A DNA stretch of 56,022 bases from an uncultured bacterium. Lineage in GTDB: Bacteria; Bacteroidota; Bacteroidia; Bacteroidales; JACABE01. The translations under genes and the position numbers were made by a program. Of the stretch, positions 45,076 through 55,015 are shown one piece after another. Positions within the stretch are counted from its first letter, which is position 1; the number at the start of each line of letters is the position of its first letter. The notes beneath the pieces are model-generated. The model was given only the letters and a program-made list of their open reading frames with translations, did not search any database and was not told the origin of the DNA. Where the stretch lies: positions 1 to 56,022 of the forward strand of contig CAIWDQ010000383.1 of the NCBI GenBank assembly GCA_903911455.1, read 5' to 3'.

Positions 45076-45381
45076 TTTATTTTGTTTTAAGTTTTGAGTC
45101 GTTAAAATTACGAATATATTTTAAAACGGAGCATATATATTAATAGTATGTATGAAATTAATTTAAATATGTCATAAAGTAAACTTCTATTAGAATTTAT
45201 TATAGATGCTATTTACAAGAAGCTTCTTTTGCTACAACAGAAAGTTATTGAGTAGAACCAACTAAATACTTCTTTAACTATTCTTTTTAACTCAAATAAC
45301 ATCGTAAGATGTATTAAACTGAATATATTTAATTATATGATTATATTATTTATTTAGCCATTGAATATTATTTTTTTAAAA

Positions 45382-45570
45382 AGTGTTGAGAACGTCGGGG
45401 AGAGTGATGAGAATGTCAGGGGAAGCTGCTAGAACGTCCAGGACAGCTGCTAGAACGTCTGGCGAAGCTGCTAGAACGTCTGGCGAAGCTGCTAGAATGC
45501 CCCCTAAAGTGTTGAACATATAGTTTTAAGCTGCTAAATATACTTTTTAAGCTGCTGAATAAACAGCTTA
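45382..45570. repeat. 21-bp phased degenerate tandem array F (9 units)
   Basis: Consensus AGCTGCTAGAACGTCTGGCGA. Two identical central units, progressively degenerate flanks, all 21 nt. Confidence 0.85.
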
Positions 45571-45717
45571 ACCATTGAAAGGGAAATGATGCTTAAAAAG
45601 CGGAAGTTTTCAACATCCTTTAATGTCGAAAAGAAAGTTTTTGTGCACATTTAGACTGTTTGCTTTAAAAAGCATGATAATTTATATCTTTTTTGGGATT
45701 TACATATAAATAATATC

Positions 45718-45725
45718 TATCTTTG
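45718..45725 (+). promoter_or_regulatory. -7 box TATCTTTG
   Basis: TAnnTTTG match 22 nt upstream of the ATG at 45748. Confidence 0.5.
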
Positions 45726-45747
45726 TTTGCAATTTTAAAAAGCTTAT

Positions 45748-46158
45748 ATGAAAAAAATACTTTCAATTTTCATCACCATTACCATTATTGCTATACTCCA
45801 GAGTTGCAATAGCAAAGAAGTTAGTTTAAAGCTCAAGAACAACAGTACTTATGCCGTTGCTTTTGATAGTTCGCTTGATACTATCCCCGATAGTGTGAGC
45901 ATTGACATGGATATATTTATGAGAGACCAGATACTCCCAGGCAAAACTGTTACGATGATTAAGCCCGGCGATTCCGAAGGCTGGTTATCGCTTATCCAAA
46001 ACAGCAGCAACAATAAGTTGAATGTTTTTATTATGAATATTGATACCCTAAAGAAGTATAACGACTGGACGTATATCCGTAAGCACAAACTTTATAAAAG
46101 ATATGAGTACCCCGAAGAAGAACTGAATAAAAAAGGTTGGGTAATAGAGTATCCGTAA
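45748..46158 (+). CDS. hypothetical lipoprotein
   Basis: 136 aa with lipobox ..ILQSC. Confidence 0.6.
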   Translation: MKKILSIFITITIIAILQSCNSKEVSLKLKNNSTYAVAFDSSLDTIPDSVSIDMDIFMRDQILPGKTVTMIKPGDSEGWLSLIQNSSNNKLNVFIMNIDTLKKYNDWTYIRKHKLYKRYEYPEEELNKKGWVIEYP

Positions 46159-46182
46159 GAAGAAATATTAAAACTAAATCAA

Positions 46183-47055
46183 GTGAAAAGGATTTTTATA
46201 ATAATAACATTATTATTTATCTCTGGATTTATATTTGCTCAACTTAATATTTCTGGAATTGTAATTGATAGTGCTGATAAAAGTATTATTCCTTTTGCTA
46301 CTTTAGAAATTTTAAGTAGAAGAACAGGTACAGTTGCAAATGATAAAGGTGTATTTAAATGGAATATTGATGAGAAATATATAAATGATACTGTTATTAT
46401 CTCTGCATTAGGTTATGATAAAAGTCGTATCGTACTAAAAGATATTCTAAAACAAAAAAAGATTGAAATAAGATTAAGTTCTAAGATATTTAGTTTACAA
46501 ACAATAGAAATTAAGAATATAAAGCCTAAAACAATTAATGTTGGATCAAGAAAGATATTCGCATTATTTACCGGAATGGGATCACTACCCGGTCAAATTA
46601 TTGCTTCATATATTAATGTTGATAGTAATAATAATGGGTTTATAAAAACAGTAGGTGTCTATTTGTTGAAAAGAGGAAGACCGGATGCTCCATTTCGGAT
46701 AAGATTATTAAATTTAGAAAAAGATATAATGTTACCCGGAGATGATATGATAAAAGAATCTTTAATTTTGAATAATAGTGAAGGTGGTAAATGGGTTGAC
46801 ATAAATGTAAGTAAATATCATATCCCAATACCAAAAAAAGGATTCTTTATAGCAATAGAATGGATAAAAACTAAAGATGAATATTATTATAAAGAAGGAT
46901 ATCTAGATTATGGACCTGTAGTAGGAGTCACATATGAATTTAAAAAGTGTAATACTTTTAGTAAAAGTCTTGGAAATATTTGGTGGAATTGGAATTTCAT
47001 AGAACCAGATTTTAGTTTAATGGTTAGGGCTAAACTAGAAGTGTGGGAGAATTAA
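46183..47055 (+). CDS. carboxypeptidase-regulatory-like domain protein
   Basis: 290 aa with a GTG start and a signal peptide. N-terminal ISGIVIDSADKSIIPFATLEI..GTVANDKGVFKW is typical of the CarboxypepD_reg fold. Confidence 0.6.
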   Translation: MKRIFIIITLLFISGFIFAQLNISGIVIDSADKSIIPFATLEILSRRTGTVANDKGVFKWNIDEKYINDTVIISALGYDKSRIVLKDILKQKKIEIRLSSKIFSLQTIEIKNIKPKTINVGSRKIFALFTGMGSLPGQIIASYINVDSNNNGFIKTVGVYLLKRGRPDAPFRIRLLNLEKDIMLPGDDMIKESLILNNSEGGKWVDINVSKYHIPIPKKGFFIAIEWIKTKDEYYYKEGYLDYGPVVGVTYEFKKCNTFSKSLGNIWWNWNFIEPDFSLMVRAKLEVWEN

Positions 47056-47094
47056 AAAAACAGTTATATAATGAGAAAAACAAATCAAACGATA

Positions 47095-49314
47095 ATGAAA
47101 AAGATATACACAATACTAATCATATTAACATTAAGCGTGCTTTCAATAAAAGCACAGGATGTGCAGCCAATAAACAACTGGAAGTTTCATGTAGGTGATG
47201 ATATGCAATGGAAAACTCCTGCTTTTAACGATAATGCCTGGCAACAAATAAGAGTAGATATTCCGTGGGACGATCAGGGATATAAAAAGAATGAAGGTTA
47301 TGGCTGGTATCGTGCTAAAGTTGTGATTCCTTCTTCACTTAAAAATAAAGCTTATCTAAAAGATAGCATAAAAATATATATAGGTAAGGTTGACGAATGC
47401 GATCAAACCTATTTAAATGGGAAACTTATAGGGCAAAATGCAGGTATTGTTACTGCTAATTTTGAAGATCCAAACTATGCATGGACTTACGAAAGATGTT
47501 ATTGTGTAGCTGTTAATGATCCGGCAATTAATTGGGATAAAGAAAATGTAATTGCCATAAGGGTTTATAATGGCTATGGAATTGGAGGGATGTATCAGGC
47601 AAAACCCGAGATAAGTATGAGAGAATTGATAGATTATGTGAAGATATATACCGACGAAACCAGCTTTAAGCAGAAAGAAAATAACAGCTATGCTAATTCG
47701 GTTGAGATAGTAAATAAATATGCCGCTTCAAAGATAACGGGAAAGTTGTTGGTGCAGGTTAAGAGCAATGAAAAACAAAAAGTATTATGGGAAAAGCAAC
47801 TTGATGTTACTATGCTTCCCTTAGAACATTACAAAGCTACAATAGATTTTCCAAATGTAGAGAATTCGTATATTGTATATACTTTTACTGAAAGCATTAC
47901 TAAGAAAACTATTAAAACTTTGTTGGAAATACCTTATATCTTAACTCCAAAAGCTGCTAAAACTCCAAGAATAAATGGAGCAAAAGTATTTGGTGTTCGT
48001 CCTAATCATCCATTCCTTTATATAATTGCAGCTACCGGCGAAAGGCCTCTTACTTATGCTGCTGAAGGTTTGCCAAAAGGTTTAACTTTAGATAAAACAA
48101 CAGGAATGATTAGTGGAAGCATTCCCGCCAAGGGGACATTTAAAATAAAGCTAAGTGTTGAAAATAGTTTGGGTAAGAATACAAGAGATTTTAAAATAGA
48201 ATGTGGTGATTTGATATGTTTAACACCTCCATTAGGATGGAATAGCTGGAACTGCTGGGGACTAAGTGTAAGCACCGATAAAGTAAAAGCTTCCGCAGAT
48301 GCAATGGTTTCAAGCGGATTAATTAATCATGGCTGGACTTATATGAATATAGATGATGGTTGGGAACTGGTTCATAAAGATGATTCTATTACTTGTAATG
48401 AGAAGTTTCCAAACATGAAATCACTTGCCGATTATGTACATTCAAAAGGATTAAAACTGGGCATCTATTCTTCACCCGGCCCTAAAACTTGTGGTGGTTA
48501 TGAAGGAAGTTTTAATTACGAACAAGCTGATGCAAATAACTATGCAGCATGGGGAATAGATTATCTGAAGTATGATTGGTGTAGCTACGAAACAGTGGCT
48601 TGTAATGATACCGACAGATTATTTAAACCATATAGAAAGATGCAAACAGCCTTATCTAAAGTTAATAGAGACATCGTTTATAGTTTGTGCCAATATGGAA
48701 TGGGAGACGTATGGAAGTGGGGTGCAACGGTTAATGGAAATACCTGGAGAACAACAGGAGATATAACAGATACCTGGGGAAGCCTTTCGGAAATAGGTTT
48801 TAATCAGGATAAATGTGCTCCATATTCTCAACCCGGACATTGGAACGACCCTGATATGCTGGTAGTAGGTAAAGTTGGTTGGGGACCTAGTCTTCATAAT
48901 ACACACCTAACTCCAAGCGAACAGTATACACATATAAGTCTTTGGGCTTTGTTGTCAGCACCACTACTTATAGGTTGCGATTTAAGTCAGTTAGATGATT
49001 TCACTCTAAATCTTTTAACCAATGATGAGGTAATAGATATTGATCAGGATCCATTAGGAAAAGGAGCTACAAGAGTTGTTAAGAATACAGACTATCAGGT
49101 GTGGGTTAAGCAACTGGAAGATGGGTCGATAGCTGTAGGTATTTTTAATTTAAGTAATGATGTAAAAAAGATTACAGTAAACTGGAATGAACTTAATATA
49201 AAAGGCACTAAAACCTTCAGAGATGTATGGAGACAAAAGGATTTAGGAAAATATAAAGACTTATTTACAGCAACAGTTTCTTCACATGGAGTAATGCTGG
49301 CTAGGGTGTATTAA
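47095..49314 (+). CDS. alpha-galactosidase, GH27 family, with N-terminal accessory domains
   Basis: Signal peptide MKKIYTILIILTLSVLSIKAQ starts at 47095. GH27 motifs LTPPLGWNSWNCWG, MNIDDGW, YLKYDWC and WRTTGDI. Confidence 0.85.
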   Translation: MKKIYTILIILTLSVLSIKAQDVQPINNWKFHVGDDMQWKTPAFNDNAWQQIRVDIPWDDQGYKKNEGYGWYRAKVVIPSSLKNKAYLKDSIKIYIGKVDECDQTYLNGKLIGQNAGIVTANFEDPNYAWTYERCYCVAVNDPAINWDKENVIAIRVYNGYGIGGMYQAKPEISMRELIDYVKIYTDETSFKQKENNSYANSVEIVNKYAASKITGKLLVQVKSNEKQKVLWEKQLDVTMLPLEHYKATIDFPNVENSYIVYTFTESITKKTIKTLLEIPYILTPKAAKTPRINGAKVFGVRPNHPFLYIIAATGERPLTYAAEGLPKGLTLDKTTGMISGSIPAKGTFKIKLSVENSLGKNTRDFKIECGDLICLTPPLGWNSWNCWGLSVSTDKVKASADAMVSSGLINHGWTYMNIDDGWELVHKDDSITCNEKFPNMKSLADYVHSKGLKLGIYSSPGPKTCGGYEGSFNYEQADANNYAAWGIDYLKYDWCSYETVACNDTDRLFKPYRKMQTALSKVNRDIVYSLCQYGMGDVWKWGATVNGNTWRTTGDITDTWGSLSEIGFNQDKCAPYSQPGHWNDPDMLVVGKVGWGPSLHNTHLTPSEQYTHISLWALLSAPLLIGCDLSQLDDFTLNLLTNDEVIDIDQDPLGKGATRVVKNTDYQVWVKQLEDGSIAVGIFNLSNDVKKITVNWNELNIKGTKTFRDVWRQKDLGKYKDLFTATVSSHGVMLARVY

Positions 49315-49322
49315 TAAATATA

Positions 49323-49348
49323 TAGGGACACGCGATGGAATGTCCCTA
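49323..49348. terminator. bidirectional hairpin TAGGGACA..TGTCCCTA between convergent genes
   Basis: 8-bp stem. It overlaps the hisS stop codon. Confidence 0.5.
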
Positions 49349-50713
49349 CTTTTGGTTGATTATGTTTTCAAGAATAACTTCAATCATTGCAGTCATTTCT
49401 TCGCCACTCGTCATATTTTTTAATTTAAGTTTAGAAGAATTCATTTCCTCTTCGCCCGCAATCACCACAAAAGGAATACCTTTAGAGTCGGCATACGAAA
49501 ATTGTTTCTTTAATTTGGCAGCTTCAGGATACATTTCTGTAGCAATATTTGCTTGGCGCAATTGATTGACAAATGGAAGACAATAGTTCTCTTCTTTCTC
49601 ACCAAAATTAATAAACAATACTTTGGTAGAGGTTTTTACAGTATCAGGGAACAAATTAAGATCAAGCATCACATCATAAATCCTGTCGGCACCAAAAGAA
49701 ATACCAACGCCCGACAAACCCTGCATACCGAAGATACCCGTAAGATCATCGTATCTGCCACCACCACATATACTTCCCATCTGCACATCGTTTGCCTTAA
49801 CCTCAATAATGGCACCGGTATAATAATTCAAACCACGGGCAAGCGTCAAATCAAGTTCGCATTCCGATTTAATGTTAAGCCGTTTTACATAATCAAATAA
49901 AGCAGTAAGTTCTTCAATCCCCTTAAGCCCTGTTTCCGATTCATTTAAAGTCTGTTTGATGATGTTTAACTTTTCATCATTGTTGCCTTTTAATAATAAT
50001 ATTGGTTGCAATTTATTAATAGCATCTTGAGAAATACCTTTCTCCAAAAGCTCCGCATTCACCTTATCCAGACCAATTTTGTCAAGCTTATCAATAGCTA
50101 CAGTAATATCAGTCATCTTTTCGGGATAACCAATAATTTCGGCGATACCTGCAAGTATCTTACGGTTATTTATTTTTATTGTGATAGTAAGACCTAATTT
50201 ACCAAACACATGATCAGTTATCTGCAACAGCTCAGCTTCATTTAAGAAAGCATTACTACCAATAACATCAACATCACACTGATAGAACTCACGATAACGA
50301 CCCTTCTGAGGTTTGTCGGCTCTCCATACAGGCTGAATCTGATACCTTTTAAATGGGAAACTCAACTCATTCCTGTTCATAACCACGAAACGTGCAAAGG
50401 GAACGGTGAGATCATAACGCAGCCCTTTTTCTGAAATTAAATTAGTAAGCTTTTTAGCATCTGCGAAAGCATTAGGATCAACTTTCTCAACAAAGTTACC
50501 CGAATTAAGCACCTTAAATAAAAGTTTGTCGCCTTCCTCACCATACTTACCCATCAGAGTAGAAAGATTTTCCATAGCCGGAGTCTCAATGGGAAGATAC
50601 CCATAAAGGTTGAAAACATTACGGATAGTATCAAAAATATAGTTACGTCTGATCATCTCGTTAGGAGAAAAATCACGCATACCACGAGGAAGAGAAGGTT
50701 TTTGCACAGCCAT
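49346..50713 (-). CDS. hisS: histidine--tRNA ligase
   Basis: 455 aa. Class II aaRS motifs (..PRGMRDF.., ..[27 protein letters not shown].., ..GGGRYD..) and a C-terminal anticodon-binding domain. Confidence 0.92.
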   Translation of the reverse strand: MAVQKPSLPRGMRDFSPNEMIRRNYIFDTIRNVFNLYGYLPIETPAMENLSTLMGKYGEEGDKLLFKVLNSGNFVEKVDPNAFADAKKLTNLISEKGLRYDLTVPFARFVVMNRNELSFPFKRYQIQPVWRADKPQKGRYREFYQCDVDVIGSNAFLNEAELLQITDHVFGKLGLTITIKINNRKILAGIAEIIGYPEKMTDITVAIDKLDKIGLDKVNAELLEKGISQDAINKLQPILLLKGNNDEKLNIIKQTLNESETGLKGIEELTALFDYVKRLNIKSECELDLTLARGLNYYTGAIIEVKANDVQMGSICGGGRYDDLTGIFGMQGLSGVGISFGADRIYDVMLDLNLFPDTVKTSTKVLFINFGEKEENYCLPFVNQLRQANIATEMYPEAAKLKKQFSYADSKGIPFVVIAGEEEMNSSKLKLKNMTSGEEMTAMIEVILENIINQK

Positions 50714-50738
50714 CTTATTTTTTTAATTAAATGAAGTG

Positions 50739-50746
50739 CAAAAGTA
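50739..50746 (-). promoter_or_regulatory. -7 box TACTTTTG for hisS
   Basis: TAnnTTTG match 25 nt upstream of the ATG at 50713. Confidence 0.5.
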
Positions 50747-50753
50747 GTTATTT

Positions 50754-50826
50754 AATTACGAATTACGAATTGCGAAATAAAATATAATTTCAAATTAATA
50801 GAAGTTCAATTTGAAATTCGTAATTG
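50754..50826. repeat. AATTACG heptamers with inverted partner and nested palindrome
   Basis: AATTACG AATTACG AATTGCG (50754-50774), the inverted copy GAAATTCGTAATT (50812-50824), and the inner palindrome ATTTCAAATT..AATTTGAAAT. Confidence 0.65.
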
Positions 50827-50831
50827 TTTAG

Positions 50832-50839
50832 TATCTTTG
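50832..50839 (+). promoter_or_regulatory. -7 box TATCTTTG for aroC
   Basis: TAnnTTTG match 20 nt upstream of the ATG at 50860. Confidence 0.5.
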
Positions 50840-50859
50840 TAGTCTAATTCAAAAAACTT

Positions 50860-51924
50860 ATGGGCGGTAACACATTCGGAAAGATATTGCAATTAACTAC
50901 CTTCGGCGAATCGCATGGAGTAGCTGTTGGAGGTGTACTTGATGGTTGCCCTGCAGGATTAGAGATAGATAAAGAATATATTCAACATCAATTAAACCGT
51001 CGTCGCCCGGGACAATCACCTTATACAACGCAACGCAACGAAGCTGATGAAATAGAAATATTATCAGGCATATTTGATGGCAAAACTACCGGAACTCCCA
51101 TAGCTTTTATGGTAAGAAATGCTGACAATCGTTCAGATGATTACTCACATCTTCAAGAATCTTTCCGTCCTTCGCATGCTGATTATACTTATTATAAGAA
51201 GTATAGTAATTATGATTACAGAGGAGGAGGAAGAGCATCGGCAAGAGAAACATTGGCAAGAGTTGCTGCAGGAGCCATAGCACGTCAATTCATATTAAAA
51301 TCAGGAGTAATAGTTACAGCTTACGTGTCGCAGATAGGGAATGTAGTTGCTGGGAACTGTATAGATTTAACAGAAGAACTGATAGACCAAAGCCCTGTAA
51401 GATGCCCCGACAAAGCAGCTTCCGAATTAATGATGAGTTTAATAAAAGAAACAGGAGCTAAAGGTGACACTTTAGGAGGCATCATCAACTGCTCCATAAA
51501 AGGCTGCCCCATAGGTTTGGGCGAACCTGTGTTTGATAAACTTCATGCCAATTTAGCCAAAGCAATGTTAAGTATCAATGCTGTTAAAGGGTTTGAATAT
51601 GGAAGCGGTTTTGCAAGTGCATCCATGACAGGCAAAGAACATAACGATTTGTTTGGTGAAGACTTTAAGACTAAAACAAACAACTCAGGAGGAATACAAG
51701 GTGGAATTTCAAATGGGGAAGAAATATATTTCAGAGTTGCTTTTAAACCAGTTGCAACTATATTGCAGTCGCAGGAATCAGTGGATAAAGCAGGCAATAA
51801 AGTTATTATTGAAGGCAAAGGCAGACATGATGTTTGCGTTGTTCCTCGTGCAGTTCCAATAGTTGAAGCAATGGCTGCTCTGGTGATTGCCGATCATCTA
51901 CTTAGGAATAAAATCTACCAATAG
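50860..51924 (+). CDS. aroC: chorismate synthase
   Basis: 354 aa. Motifs [22 protein letters not shown] and [11 protein letters not shown]. Confidence 0.93.
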   Translation: MGGNTFGKILQLTTFGESHGVAVGGVLDGCPAGLEIDKEYIQHQLNRRRPGQSPYTTQRNEADEIEILSGIFDGKTTGTPIAFMVRNADNRSDDYSHLQESFRPSHADYTYYKKYSNYDYRGGGRASARETLARVAAGAIARQFILKSGVIVTAYVSQIGNVVAGNCIDLTEELIDQSPVRCPDKAASELMMSLIKETGAKGDTLGGIINCSIKGCPIGLGEPVFDKLHANLAKAMLSINAVKGFEYGSGFASASMTGKEHNDLFGEDFKTKTNNSGGIQGGISNGEEIYFRVAFKPVATILQSQESVDKAGNKVIIEGKGRHDVCVVPRAVPIVEAMAALVIADHLLRNKIYQ

Positions 51925-51930
51925 AATATA

Positions 51931-54012
51931 TTATTCCTTTACAAACTTAGTATTAAAAACTCCTTCTTCGTTTTCTATCTTTATAAAATAGATTCCTGCT
52001 TTTAAAGTAGCGACATCTATTATCTTATTATAAGTATCAGTAGTTATTAAATCTTTTTGATTATATAACTTAGCTCCTTGTATATTATAAATGCTGAATT
52101 TAATAATCCCTTTCTTAACAGCACTTATATTTATATTAAGTTTATCGGATGTTGGGTTTGGTGAAAGCTTTATAATATTAAAAGCATTTAATTCATTAAT
52201 TCCTCCACCAGGAGATGTTACATATAAATTATAATTAGGAGAACTATTTCCAATGCCACAAGAATTTATTCCTTTTACACTTAAAGAAAAATTTCCTGTT
52301 GAACCAATCATATTAAATTGAATAGTTACACAACTATCATTAGGATAGCCTATAATGACTGCACCTGGAAATGTACAAATCCATTGATAAGATGAAGCAC
52401 CATTTACATTACTAATACAAAATACTACTGTTGAACCAAAATAAACAGTATGGACTCCAGGACTTGTAACATTATTAATTACTCCCGGTGATGAAGGTAA
52501 CTGACATAGATAAACTGTCTTACAAAGTTTATCATTAGTTGTATCCTGATCGGTTGCAAGTTTAGTCCAGGCACAGAAGCTGAAAGATGCACCTGCAGGG
52601 GCTGTAAATGTTGAAGTAAAAGTATATTGTACTGTATCGCCGGGGAGCAATGTTCCTGTCCATAAAGTTGAGACAGGACTAGCTGAACCTCTTTGATAAT
52701 AAACAGGAATACTTGTTTCAATTGAGGTGCCGTTGTTTTTAATAACAACTTTAATAGTTTGTGTAGTGTTAGTTGGAACAGTATCTTTTGGTGTAATTAT
52801 TTTTTGAATGGATACATCGTGCGGTTTAGGGGGTAATACATAAGCTATAATATTTTTACAAGTGCTATCATTTGATGTGTTTACATCTCCAACTAATGAA
52901 ACCCAAACACAGAAAATAAAGTTAATACTAGGAACTGTTATTGGAACAGTAAAAACAAAAGGAAAAGAAGAGCCACCCGGTGCTATAGGTCCACCAGAAT
53001 AAAAATCAGAACAAATAGTACCATTAACACTATAACCTACATTAAAACTATTAATAGTTGTATTACCATAATTATGAAAAAGAACTGTTGGGTAAATAAC
53101 ATCACCAATTGCCATCGAATCAATAGGATCTACAATTGCATAAACACCTATATCTGTTATAGGCCCAGTTCCATAAACCAATACATTCTTACATAAACTA
53201 TCATTTGAATGATTAATATCACCAATTACAATTGCTCTGGCACAGAAATTAAAATTACCAATTGGTACATTAAATGGATTAATGAAAGTATATAACATTG
53301 AATTTCCTGGTGCAATAGAACCTGATAAATTTTCGATTAAACATGGAATGTTATTTACTCTATAATAAACTTGAATACCATTTAGAGTTGTATTCCCATA
53401 GTTATGAAGTTTTATAGTTGGATGAATAAGTGACCCAAAAGCAGCCGAATCGGATGGAATGAGGATCGAATCTACAGCTATATCATTAATCCCACCAATA
53501 TTAACTGTATAATCTACAAATTGTCCATACGTTGAGGTATCGCAGGCATTGGTAAAATTGTATCCTGAATTCATGCGAATACGCATTCTTCTTGGACCTG
53601 TAGTAGCAATAGTAGGGATAGTGATGTTCTGATTATAAAACCCTTGACTAATATTATTAAGCTGAAGCACCAATTCGTTAGTATTATTAAATGTGGTATC
53701 ATTGTTATAATCTATCCATGCTTTTACATAGTTAGAAGCAGATGGTGATTTTATTTTAAACTTAAGATTATAAGTATTGCCTTGCATCAGATTACTTGTA
53801 ATAACTGTAAGATTAGCATAACCCAGTTGTCCTGCGATTTGATTACATGGAATATTATAATTATTATAATATCCAAAACTTAATGAATCTAACGAATAAT
53901 CGATTGATGAAGACGAGTAGCATCCTACCGAATAAAGATTAGTAGTGCAATACTGTGCCTTTGTTGTTAAGCTTATTATTACTAAAGCTAAAATAAGGAA
54001 TATCTTTTTCAT
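51931..54012 (-). CDS. T9SS cargo protein (GEVED-like domain, three CARDB-like repeats, type A sorting domain)
   Basis: Signal peptide MKKIFLILALVIISLTTKAQ starts at 54012 (the track start at 54144 is an extension). Three ~110-aa repeats (..HNYGNTT..). C-terminus IIKLSPNPTSDKLNINI..GIYFIKI.. Confidence 0.8.
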   Translation of the reverse strand: MKKIFLILALVIISLTTKAQYCTTNLYSVGCYSSSSIDYSLDSLSFGYYNNYNIPCNQIAGQLGYANLTVITSNLMQGNTYNLKFKIKSPSASNYVKAWIDYNNDTTFNNTNELVLQLNNISQGFYNQNITIPTIATTGPRRMRIRMNSGYNFTNACDTSTYGQFVDYTVNIGGINDIAVDSILIPSDSAAFGSLIHPTIKLHNYGNTTLNGIQVYYRVNNIPCLIENLSGSIAPGNSMLYTFINPFNVPIGNFNFCARAIVIGDINHSNDSLCKNVLVYGTGPITDIGVYAIVDPIDSMAIGDVIYPTVLFHNYGNTTINSFNVGYSVNGTICSDFYSGGPIAPGGSSFPFVFTVPITVPSINFIFCVWVSLVGDVNTSNDSTCKNIIAYVLPPKPHDVSIQKIITPKDTVPTNTTQTIKVVIKNNGTSIETSIPVYYQRGSASPVSTLWTGTLLPGDTVQYTFTSTFTAPAGASFSFCAWTKLATDQDTTNDKLCKTVYLCQLPSSPGVINNVTSPGVHTVYFGSTVVFCISNVNGASSYQWICTFPGAVIIGYPNDSCVTIQFNMIGSTGNFSLSVKGINSCGIGNSSPNYNLYVTSPGGGINELNAFNIIKLSPNPTSDKLNINISAVKKGIIKFSIYNIQGAKLYNQKDLITTDTYNKIIDVATLKAGIYFIKIENEEGVFNTKFVKE

Positions 54013-54053
54013 GATAATTTTCTTTTTAATAATTAGATTAAAAATACTTGGTA

Positions 54054-54061
54054 CAAAGTTA
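54054..54061 (-). promoter_or_regulatory. -7 box TAACTTTG
   Basis: TAnnTTTG match 41 nt upstream of the ATG at 54012. Confidence 0.45.
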
Positions 54062-54240
54062 ATACTATATAGACTCAAAAAAAGTAAAAATGTTACACAT
54101 ATTTTGATAAAAATGAAAATTAAATTATTTTTTATGATTAGCAACGTCCTTCAGGGCATTGGGGTGTGGTTTAGTGTTTGTTGGCCTTAAGGCCAAATGC
54201 ATTAATTATATTTACACGACATAAATGTCGTGCCTAATGA

Positions 54241-54396
54241 TTAAAGGCAAGATTATTTTCTTTCGGTGGACTCTTTGGACTATGTTGACTTGGTCAAAAG
54301 AGTAAATATAGTCCACCGAAAAATAGGAATGTGCTATGTCATAACTATCATTATAACAGCACTATAAACACCATTCAAAATAATGCCTTTAATGAG
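54241..54396. repeat. nested inverted-repeat element (candidate structured RNA or MITE-like unit)
   Basis: Outer arms ATTAAAGGC-AAG-ATTATTTT and AAAATAAT-GCCTTTAAT enclose the inner 12-bp stem TTTCGGTGGACT..AGTCCACCGAAA (54263-54322). Confidence 0.5.
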
Positions 54397-54427
54397 TACC
54401 AGTCTGTTGGGAGCATCTTTTTTATTT

Positions 54428-54727
54428 GGTGTGGTTGAATAAAATCTGAATTATGTATCATTGAAAGTCGGGATGGTTGAAATAACTTTGGTTCATGTGT
54501 CCCGAAAATTTGCGGAAGGTGAACCAACTTGGAACTATACTACACAAAAATGTACGGTAGGTGAACTAAGTTCAACTCATCTTACATGAAGAATATTTTT
54601 AGTGAACTAGGTTTAGGATACTATCACCAACTTTTCGGGGCATGTGAATTAGACTTAGTTCCCCTTGCCCGAAAAATCAGGACAGGTGTTACCACTCAAT
54701 TATACACCTTATTATAAAATGGGGCAC
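54428..54727. repeat. 42-bp phased degenerate array G (7 units)
   Basis: GGTGAAC-like heads at 54428, 54475, 54518, 54560, 54601, 54643 and 54685. The second halves carry CCCGAAAA / TTTTCGGGG in both orientations. Confidence 0.7.
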
Positions 54728-55015
54728 GATAATATGTATAATTACAGTATTCAAATATATCAAGGGAACAACAATTCAGTTTATTAGTATAGCAATAAGA
54801 ACTAAGGGAATGTAAATCTAAATAAAAAGGCGTAACTCAATTTTTAAGTTACGCCTTACGTAATTCTTTATACTTAGTATTTATTTACTAAAAGTAAAAA
54901 GCTGTTAGCTTAAAGTAATTTTAACAACACCTAATTGGGTCGCATCTTTATTAGCCAATAAAAAGAATTGGTTTAGGACATCTATATCACACGACAGTGG
55001 TCACAACTAAATACT

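Noticed and set aside
49335-49565. ORF 49335-49565 (+)
   Set aside because: It overlaps the 3' end of hisS on the opposite strand and begins inside the terminator hairpin.
54013-54144. N-terminal extensions given by the ORF track for 51931-54144, 39186-41591, 47071-, 12272- and 36992-38545
   Set aside because: In each case a canonical signal peptide (MKK...) or TM start begins at an internal start codon. For the three minus-strand ORFs (51931-54144, 39186-41591 and 36992-38545) a TAnnTTTG box also lies inside or overlapping the extension.
54428-54727. CRISPR array interpretation of the 41-42-bp arrays (also 25549-25767)
   Set aside because: The conserved part is only about 12-13 nt and is not a typical 24-47-nt CRISPR repeat. 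The period of about 42 bp is too short for repeat plus spacer. The so-called spacers share motifs with each other, and there are no cas genes in the window.
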